DNA of 25,795 nucleotides. Source: Gallionellaceae bacterium. Its GTDB lineage: Bacteria; Pseudomonadota; Gammaproteobacteria; Burkholderiales; Gallionellaceae. The DNA is taken from positions 1 through 25,795 of the forward strand of contig JAITMU010000015.1 in the NCBI GenBank assembly GCA_031277195.1, given 5' to 3'. Every line of letters starts with the position of its first letter. Positions within the stretch are counted from its first letter, which is position 1. This document shows positions 19,317 to 25,795 of the stretch, one piece after another. Position numbers and translations under genes: made by a program. Below the pieces are notes generated by a model. That model saw only the letters and a program-made list of their open reading frames with translations. It did no database searches and was not told where the DNA came from.

Positions 19317-21214
19317 GCGCGGCACCGCTCGTCTTCCCCTGCCGCCCGAAGTCCGCGCCGCAAATGTACCAGCAGCAATGAAATCGCCGCAGGAGTGACG
19401 CCGGAAATGCGCGCCGCTTGACCGACGGTTTCCGGCTTGTGCTGGTTCAGCTTTTGCTGCACCTCTGCGGACAACCCGCGCACGGTGCGGAAATCCATAG
19501 GCGGAACCGCCAGATTTTCATAGTATTCCTGACGGGAAATTTCCTCGCGCTGCCGCTCGATATAGCCCCAATATTTCGCCTGGGTTTCCACTTGTTCGGC
19601 GACAACGGCCTCCATTACCGGCTCTCCCGCGCCGGGCAGCGTCATCAGATCGGCGTAGCTCACGTCCGGGCGGCGCAACAACTCGTGCAGCGTGTATTCG
19701 CGCTCAATCGCTTTGCCCAACACGCGCTCGGCGTCTTCCGTCGGCAATGTCGCGGGATAAACCCGGGTTGTTTTCAGCCGCTCCTGCTCCCGCGCAATCG
19801 CTTCCTGCTTCCGCTCGAACGCTGCCCAGCGAATGTCGTCTACCACGCCCAAACGGCGACCGGTTTCGGTCAATCGCAGATCGGCATTATCCTCCCGCAG
19901 TTGCAATCGGTATTCGGCGCGGCTGGTAAACATGCGGTACGGCTCCGAAACGCCACGGGTGATGAGATCGTCCACCAACACGCCAAGATATGCTTCGTCG
20001 CGGCGCGGACACCAGCTTTCTTCGCCGCGAACGAACTGTGCCGCATTGATTCCCGCCAGCAAACCCTGCGCCGCCGCTTCCTCGTAACCCGTTGTCCCGT
20101 TGATTTGTCCGGCAAAAAACAAGCCCGTGATCGACTTGGTTTCCAAGGATTTTTTCAGGTTGCGGGGATCGAAATAGTCATACTCTATCGAATATCCGGG
20201 TCGCGTGATGTGCGCGTTTTCCAGCCCCTTGATGGAATGCACCAGATCAAGCTGCACATCGAACGGCAAACTGGTGGAAATCCCGTTCGGGTAAATTTCA
20301 TGCGTGCTCAAGCCCTCCGGCTCCAGAAAAATCTGGTGCGACGCCTTGTCGGCAAAACGCACGATTTTGTCCTCGATGGATGGACAATAGCGCGGGCCAA
20401 CGCCCTTGATGATTCCGGTGAACAACGGCGACCGATCCAGTCCGCCCCGAATGATCTCGTGCGTCTGGGCATTGGTTTGGGTAATCCAGCACGGCAGTTG
20501 GCGCGGGTGTTGCGCCGCATTGCCCAGAAAAGAGAACACCGGAACAGGCGTATCGCCCGGTTGTTCCGCCATCGCCGAATAATCTATCGTGCGCCCGTCG
20601 ATGCGCGGCGGCGTTCCGGTTTTCAAACGCCCCATCGGCAGCGCCAATTCGCGCAGACGATCTGCCAAGCGAACCGTCGGCGGATCGCCCGCCCGCCCGC
20701 CGGGATAGCTGGATTGCCCGATATGAATCAGCCCGGAGAGAAACGTCCCGACCGTCAGAATTACCGCATTGGATGAAAAACGCAGGCCGGATTGGGTGAC
20801 AACGCCACGGATTTGGTCGCCGTCCATCAGCACGTCTTCCACCGGTTGCTGAAACAACCAAAGATTCGGCTGGTTTTCCAGCTTCCGGCGAATGGCTTGT
20901 TTATACAGCGCGCGGTCGGCTTGGGCGCGCGTCGCGCGCACGGCCGCGCCTTTGGAGGCGTTCAATATGCGGAATTGAATGCCCGCTTCGTCCGTAGCCT
21001 CGGCCATGACGCCGCCCAGCGCGTCGATTTCCTTGACCAGATGCCCCTTGCCTATGCCGCCGATGGAGGGATTGCACGACATGATACCGAGGGTCTCAAT
21101 GTTATGCGTCAGCAACAGCGTCGCGCAGCCCCGGCGGGCGCTTGCCAGCGCAGCCTCCGTGCCGGCGTGTCCGCCGCCAACGACAATTACATCGAATTTT
21201 TTCGGAAATTCCAT
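19313..21214 (-). CDS. mnmG: tRNA U34 5-carboxymethylaminomethyl modification FAD-dependent enzyme (GidA)
   Basis: [57 protein letters not shown]. Start set at MEFPKKF. Confidence 0.99.
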   Translation of the reverse strand: MEFPKKFDVIVVGGGHAGTEAALASARRGCATLLLTHNIETLGIMSCNPSIGGIGKGHLVKEIDALGGVMAEATDEAGIQFRILNASKGAAVRATRAQADRALYKQAIRRKLENQPNLWLFQQPVEDVLMDGDQIRGVVTQSGLRFSSNAVILTVGTFLSGLIHIGQSSYPGGRAGDPPTVRLADRLRELALPMGRLKTGTPPRIDGRTIDYSAMAEQPGDTPVPVFSFLGNAAQHPRQLPCWITQTNAQTHEIIRGGLDRSPLFTGIIKGVGPRYCPSIEDKIVRFADKASHQIFLEPEGLSTHEIYPNGISTSLPFDVQLDLVHSIKGLENAHITRPGYSIEYDYFDPRNLKKSLETKSITGLFFAGQINGTTGYEEAAAQGLLAGINAAQFVRGEESWCPRRDEAYLGVLVDDLITRGVSEPYRMFTSRAEYRLQLREDNADLRLTETGRRLGVVDDIRWAAFERKQEAIAREQERLKTTRVYPATLPTEDAERVLGKAIEREYTLHELLRRPDVSYADLMTLPGAGEPVMEAVVAEQVETQAKYWGYIERQREEISRQEYYENLAVPPMDFRTVRGLSAEVQQKLNQHKPETVGQAARISGVTPAAISLLLVHLRRGLRAAGEDERCRA

Positions 21215-21326
21215 CCGTTTTTCGCCCCAAAAGAGGCGCGATGATACAACAAAACGACACAACTACGGATTATTGCCGGAATGGGCGTGACCGCACGCGC
21301 GCTAAAACGCGGTTTTTTCTCCCCAG

Positions 21327-21342
21327 TGTTTCACGTGAAACA
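21327..21342. promoter_or_regulatory. parS centromere site
   Basis: TGTTTCACGTGAAACA, an exact match to the widespread parS consensus, within a 20-bp perfect palindrome (21325-21344). Confidence 0.93.
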
Positions 21343-21345
21343 CTC

Positions 21346-22668
21346 CTATTTGCCCAAACAGAAGCGGCTGAATATCTCTCCCAGCAGGTCATCTGGCGCA
21401 AATTCGCCTGTAATCTGGTTCATGGCTTCTTGTGCCTGCCGCAACGCCTCCGCCAGAATTTCCGGTCGGTTTATCTCATTTTTCGCCAGGCGCAGGCTCT
21501 CCTGCGCGGAAAGTAATGCCTGGATATGGCGCTCCCGCGCCAAAAACGCGCCCTGGTCATCATGCCACCCCAGCAGTGCCAGCAACTCTTGTTGCAGTTG
21601 CTCCACGCCTTCTCCCGTTTTGGCTGAAAGATGGATTCCCTGCTCTGTCGGCCAGGATGCCCGTGAGCCCAGCAAATCTGCCTTGTTGAAAACGCGCAAT
21701 CTGGGTATTTCCGGCGGCAGTTCCTGCAAAATGTTCTGGTCTTCCGGCGTAATGCCTTGTGCCGCATCCAGCAGAACCAGAACCGCATCCGCTTTCCGCA
21801 AGGCATCGCGGGTGCGCGCCATGCCCATTTGTTCGATGGAATCCTGCGATTCGCGCAATCCGGCCGTATCCATGATGTGCAGGGGAACGCCGTTGATCTG
21901 GATAACCTGCCGGATGGCGTCGCGCGTCGTGCCGGGAACGTCGCTGACCAGCGCAACCTCCTCCCCGCTCAGGCGATTAATCAGGCTGGATTTGCCGACA
22001 TTGGGACGCCCCGCCAGCACGATATGCGCGCCCTCGCGCAGCAAACTGCCTTGCTGGGCGCGGCTCAACGCCGCATCCAGTTTTTCGCCCAATGCCGTCA
22101 GACTGGCCTCTTGCGCGCCCATTTCCGCCACCTCCTCCGGAAAATCCAGCGCGGCTTCGATCTGGACGCGCAACTGGATCAAGTCATCCACCATTTGGTG
22201 AACCACCGAGGAAAATTCGCCCTGCAGCGAACGCACGGCGCTACGCGCGGCCTGACCGGTGGCGGCATCTATCAGATCGGCAACGCTTTCCGCCTGCACG
22301 AGATCCAGCTTGCCATTCAGAAAGGCGCGCAGGGTAAATTCGCCGGGTTGCGCCAGGCGCGCGCCCAATTCCAGACAACGTTGCAAGACCAGTTGCAGAA
22401 TGGCGGGGCCGCCGTGCCCCTGAAGTTCCAGAACATCTTCGCCCGTGTAGGAGTGCGGCGCGGGAAAGTAAATGGCAACGCCCTGATCCAGCACATTGCC
22501 TTGCGCGTCACGAAACGACGCCAGCGAAGCAACCCGCGGAACGGGTTGCTTGCCCAGCATGTTTGTTGCAAATGGCTGGAGGTCTTTACCGGATACGCGA
22601 ACAATCCCGATTCCGCCCCGCCCGGGGGCTGTGGCGATTGCCGCGATGGAATCAGCTTGCGGCAACAC
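21346..22668 (-). CDS. mnmE: tRNA modification GTPase (TrmE); start probably GTG 22668 or TTG 22665
   Basis: IAAIATAPGRGGIGIVRVSG, PHSYTGEDVLE, G1 GRPNVGKSS, GTTRD, DTAG, NKAD, FSRFCLGK. Confidence 0.97.
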   Translation of the reverse strand: MLPQADSIAAIATAPGRGGIGIVRVSGKDLQPFATNMLGKQPVPRVASLASFRDAQGNVLDQGVAIYFPAPHSYTGEDVLELQGHGGPAILQLVLQRCLELGARLAQPGEFTLRAFLNGKLDLVQAESVADLIDAATGQAARSAVRSLQGEFSSVVHQMVDDLIQLRVQIEAALDFPEEVAEMGAQEASLTALGEKLDAALSRAQQGSLLREGAHIVLAGRPNVGKSSLINRLSGEEVALVSDVPGTTRDAIRQVIQINGVPLHIMDTAGLRESQDSIEQMGMARTRDALRKADAVLVLLDAAQGITPEDQNILQELPPEIPRLRVFNKADLLGSRASWPTEQGIHLSAKTGEGVEQLQQELLALLGWHDDQGAFLARERHIQALLSAQESLRLAKNEINRPEILAEALRQAQEAMNQITGEFAPDDLLGEIFSRFCLGK

Positions 22669-24301
22669 CCTTGTTTTCAAGCCGGCGCGTAATAACCCAT
22701 TGTTGTGCAATGGAGAGCACGTTATTCACAATGGAATAAAGCACCAAGCCTGCGGGAAAGAAGAAAAAGACCACGCTGAACACGATCGGCATGGTGCGCA
22801 TGATCTTGGCCTGCATCGGATCCGGCGGTGCCGGGCTCAGACGGGATTGAATGATCATGCTGGCGCCCATAATCAGCGGCAGGATGTAGTAAGGGTCTGG
22901 CGCGGACAAATCCTGAATCCAGCCAAAAAACGGCGCATAGCGCAATTCAACACTGGCGAGAATTGCCCAGTACAACGCGATGAACACCGGAATTTGCACG
23001 ATCATGGGCAGGCAACCGCCCAACGGATTGATTTTCTCCGTCTGGTACAACTCCATCCTGGCCTTGTGCAGTCGCTCTTTGTCCTCGCCGTATTGTTGCT
23101 TGATTTTTTCCAGCTTGGGCGCAACGACACGCATTTTCGCCATGGAACGATAGCTCGCCGCCGACAGCGGGAAAAACAGCAGCTTGATCAGAATTGTCAA
23201 CAGAATGATCGCGATGCCCCAGTTTTGCACCCACCCCTGCAGGAAAGAAAGCACCCAGAACAGCGGCGTTGACAGAATGGTCAGCCAGCCATAATCCACC
23301 GTCAAGCCAAGCCCTGGCGTGAGATTGTCCAGTGAGGATGTCGCCGGACCTGCGTACAGCGGAACGCTGACCGTTCCGGTCTGTCCCGGCGCAATGGTCG
23401 CAACCGGAATTTTCATTCCAGCGGAATACAGTCCGTTTTTCAGCGCAGTCGTATAAAACTCGCGCGGCGTTTTGTCATTCAGGAACCAGGCGGCAACAAA
23501 ATAATGCTGCAACATGCCGACCCAGCCGTCGTTTGTTTTGTTCGGATAGGCGATTTTGCCCTTGTCGATATCGGAAAAATGGACTTTCTGAAATTTTTCC
23601 TGGTCTGTGTAAACCGCAGGTCCTGTATAGGTCGGCAGAAATTTCGAGCCTTCCGCGGGCGGCACCTGATCCCGAACCAGCTGGAAATAGGCAAAAGGCG
23701 ACAGCGGCTCGGCGCCCGTATTTTCGATCTCAAAAGCAACGTCAATCACATAGCTTGAACGATGGAAGGTGTAGATCTTGTTGATCTTTTCCGCCCCATT
23801 CGTTGCTGCGGAAAGCCTGACCACCAGGGCATCCTGTCCGTCCGCAATTTGATATTCGTTGGTCTCGGCAGAAAATTGCGTGTTGTGATTGGGCAAGTCC
23901 GTACCCAACAATCCCGCTTGCGCAATATACGTATGGGCATCCCGTTGTTGCAGCAAGGAAAACGGCTTGCTGCGATCCAGCGTGTCATGGTGCCGCAAAA
24001 AGTCCAGGCGGCGCAAACTACCGCCATTGGTGTCGATTTCCGCATACAGCCAATCGGTTTTTACCTTGATTTTCTGGCCGGTTGTCGCCGCTTCCTGTGC
24101 CGGAAGCGCGGGCGCTTGCGCTGTCGCGGCGGGCACGCCGGTCGACGCCGAATCTCCCGATACGACCGCTGTCTGGCCTTGGGGAACCGCGTCCTTGGCC
24201 ACAACCGGCGGCGCAGGGTGCTGAAAACGCTGCCAGCTATCCCACAGCAGAAAAATCGAAAGGAAGAAAATCAGAAACAGAAAAAGTCGTCGGGTATCCA
24301 T
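22652..24301 (-). CDS. yidC: Membrane protein insertase YidC
   Basis: N-terminal TM, large periplasmic domain, VDYGWL, KLLFFPL, INPLGGCLP, QMPIF-like QIPVFIALY, DPYYILP. Start MDTRR. Confidence 0.98.
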   Translation of the reverse strand: MDTRRLFLFLIFFLSIFLLWDSWQRFQHPAPPVVAKDAVPQGQTAVVSGDSASTGVPAATAQAPALPAQEAATTGQKIKVKTDWLYAEIDTNGGSLRRLDFLRHHDTLDRSKPFSLLQQRDAHTYIAQAGLLGTDLPNHNTQFSAETNEYQIADGQDALVVRLSAATNGAEKINKIYTFHRSSYVIDVAFEIENTGAEPLSPFAYFQLVRDQVPPAEGSKFLPTYTGPAVYTDQEKFQKVHFSDIDKGKIAYPNKTNDGWVGMLQHYFVAAWFLNDKTPREFYTTALKNGLYSAGMKIPVATIAPGQTGTVSVPLYAGPATSSLDNLTPGLGLTVDYGWLTILSTPLFWVLSFLQGWVQNWGIAIILLTILIKLLFFPLSAASYRSMAKMRVVAPKLEKIKQQYGEDKERLHKARMELYQTEKINPLGGCLPMIVQIPVFIALYWAILASVELRYAPFFGWIQDLSAPDPYYILPLIMGASMIIQSRLSPAPPDPMQAKIMRTMPIVFSVVFFFFPAGLVLYSIVNNVLSIAQQWVITRRLENKGVAAS

Positions 24302-24314
24302 GTCATTACTTGAT

Positions 24315-24524
24315 TTATGGAACGGGATCGTAACCGCCCGGATTCCACGGGTTACAACGGCATACGCGTCGCGCGGCCATCCACGCTCCCCGGCTCGCGC
24401 CGTGTTTGTTGATGGCTTCGCGGGCATAACAGGAACACGACGGGGTAAACCGGCAGCTTGGCGGCTTCAGCGGGCTTAAAAAATATTGATAGCCCCGTAT
24501 CAGCAAATCCAGAAACCACCGCAT
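24315..24524 (-). CDS. yidD: Membrane protein insertion efficiency factor
   Basis: [33 protein letters not shown]. Confidence 0.95.
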   Translation of the reverse strand: MRWFLDLLIRGYQYFLSPLKPPSCRFTPSCSCYAREAINKHGASRGAWMAARRVCRCNPWNPGGYDPVP

Positions 24525-24526
24525 TG

Positions 24527-24871
24527 TCAAACCCTCTGCAATAGTTGTTCCAAAGCCAGCCGGCTTGTCGGCAAGGCGTTTGTTTCGATTGCCTGTCGGG
24601 GAACAACGACGACATCTACCGCCTTTTCAGCCGGAAACCCCTGCCGAAATGTTTCCCGAATCAACCGTTTTGCAAGATTTCGGGAAACCGCCGTTGGCAT
24701 GACCCGCTTGCTGGCGGCTATTCCCAATCGGGAATAGCCCTGCTCATTTTCCCGCGCGTAAACCGTAAACCACGCGTTCGTCAATTTTCTGGCGCAAAAC
24801 GCCAGCTTGAACTCCATCGGACGCCGTATCCGGCGCCATGTCGGAAAGGTGGCGCGTGGCCTAGACGGCAA
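24527..24871 (-). CDS. rnpA: Ribonuclease P protein component; TTG start overlaps the rpmH end, start uncertain
   Basis: [29 protein letters not shown]; conserved position between rpmH and yidD. Confidence 0.9.
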   Translation of the reverse strand: MPSRPRATFPTWRRIRRPMEFKLAFCARKLTNAWFTVYARENEQGYSRLGIAASKRVMPTAVSRNLAKRLIRETFRQGFPAEKAVDVVVVPRQAIETNALPTSRLALEQLLQRV

Positions 24872-24995
24872 GGCGGGCGCGGCCTTTTGCTCGACGAGCC
24901 TTGATCACAGCGCGTCCGCCCTTGGTTTTCATGCGAACCAGAAAACCGTGCGTGCGCTTCCGCTTGGTCACAGAAGGTTGGTAAGTGCGTTTCAT
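24861..24995 (-). CDS. rpmH: 50S ribosomal protein L34 (44 aa; absent from the supplied ORF track)
   Basis: Hand translation [44 protein letters not shown] followed by TAG. Confidence 0.98.
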   Translation of the reverse strand: MKRTYQPSVTKRKRTHGFLVRMKTKGGRAVIKARRAKGRARLAV

Positions 24996-25031
24996 TTCAA
25001 GCCCCTTTATGAATTTTTTCGAAAGTCTGCG

Positions 25032-25060
25032 ATTACAATATGGACTGGCGTCTCTGTCAA
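25032..25060 (-). promoter_or_regulatory. Possible sigma70 promoter for rpmH
   Basis: TTGACA-17 bp-TGTAAT. Perfect -35, but the -10 lacks the conserved A. Confidence 0.45.
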
Positions 25061-25200
25061 GTCTATTTTCCTTACCTTCCCTGCTTTTATCGCTTTTATC
25101 CGCTCAACAACGGTCATCTCTCAAAATTACGCCAACCCGCCGCATCCATTCAAAAATGTTATCAAACCCGTGGCATCGCACCGTAGCGCTCACTTTTTCC

Positions 25201-25209
25201 TGTGGATAA
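25201..25209 (-). promoter_or_regulatory. DnaA box
   Basis: TGTGGATAA is the reverse complement of the consensus TTATCCACA, upstream of dnaA. Confidence 0.85.
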
Positions 25210-25231
25210 CTTTTTTGTCCGAGAGTAAAAT
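25203..25231 (+). promoter_or_regulatory. Possible dnaA promoter overlapping the DnaA box
   Basis: TGGATA-17 bp-TAAAAT, about 40 nt before the dnaA ATG. Confidence 0.5.
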
Positions 25232-25272
25232 GCCCACATCGCGCCCGTTGAACCCCTGATCACAGAAACACC

Positions 25273-25795
25273 ATGTCAAATAACGCCCTTTGGGATGCCT
25301 GCCTTCATCTTTTCAAGGACAGCCTTTCCCCCCAACAATACAATTCCTGGATAAAACCTCTGGGTTTTGAACTTCAGGGCGACCAAATTACCTTGACAGC
25401 GCCCAACAGCTTTACGCTGAAGTTGGTGCAGGAGCGATTCCTTCCGGAAATTTCAGCCCAGGCAAAGGGTTTTCTCTCCTTTACCCCTAAATTCGAGATG
25501 CGCGTCAGCAAAAGCGCAGCACCCGCGCACCCCAAAAAAACTCCGATAAACAACGAGGTTGTCGCTGTACCGGCACAAAACACCCCCAAAAGTCCAAACA
25601 AACTCAACTCGCTCCTATCTTTTGAAACGTTCGTAACCGGAAAAGCCAACTCGCTCGCTCATGCAGCAGCCATACAAGTCGCGGAGAAGCCAGGAACCGA
25701 ATATAACCCGCTGGTTATTTACGGCGGCGTTGGTTTGGGCAAAACACACTTGTTGCAAGCCATTGGCAACCACATCAAGCACGAAAACGCTCGCG
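25273..25795 (+). CDS. dnaA: Chromosomal replication initiator DnaA, 5' part, cut by the window end (absent from the ORF track)
   Basis: Hand translation [11 protein letters not shown]...[10 protein letters not shown]...APNSF...[17 protein letters not shown]...[23 protein letters not shown]. Confidence 0.98.
   Translation, partial: MSNNALWDACLHLFKDSLSPQQYNSWIKPLGFELQGDQITLTAPNSFTLKLVQERFLPEISAQAKGFLSFTPKFEMRVSKSAAPAHPKKTPINNEVVAVPAQNTPKSPNKLNSLLSFETFVTGKANSLAHAAAIQVAEKPGTEYNPLVIYGGVGLGKTHLLQAIGNHIKHENAR

Noticed and set aside
21214-21262. Longer starts given by the ORF track for mnmG, parA, mnmE, yidC and the DUF4124 gene
   Set aside because: The extensions overlap neighbouring genes or intergenic sites and lack family similarity. 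Downstream starts fit stop/start coupling or family N-termini.
22722-22730. TTATTCACA DnaA-box match
   Set aside because: An isolated match inside the yidC coding sequence, expected by chance.
24670-24700. RnpA 'RNL' instead of the 'RNR' motif
   Set aside because: The third position varies among RnpA proteins and the rest of the helix (KRLIRE) is intact.

Overview
Origin-proximal, mostly housekeeping window of a GC-rich betaproteobacterium. The family is not provable from the sequence; a Nitrosomonadales-like autotroph is inferred from cbbY and protein style. Right to left: dnaA (5' part, cut by the window edge) diverges from rpmH-rnpA-yidD-yidC-mnmE, then a perfect parS, mnmG-rsmG-parA-parB and the full atpIBEFHAGDC operon. 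Next come a low-GC LprI-like gene, a rhodanese, a CDF transporter, glnA and a DUF4124 gene. A SHP(DUF1924)/diheme cytochrome c/cytochrome b operon faces a divergent QseBC/PmrAB-like two-component system, followed by tRNA-Ala(CGC), cbbY and the 3' end of ubiD. No integrase, transposase or CRISPR array is visible. The unusual content is small-scale. Three families of short palindromic repeats (six paired elements) fill intergenic gaps, and one 101-bp palindrome lies in frame inside the apparent N-terminus of the DUF4124 gene. The atpG 3' end is duplicated around a small hairpin, and a PmrA-like box sits between the heme operon and its regulator. I found no large, clearly novel multi-gene system.
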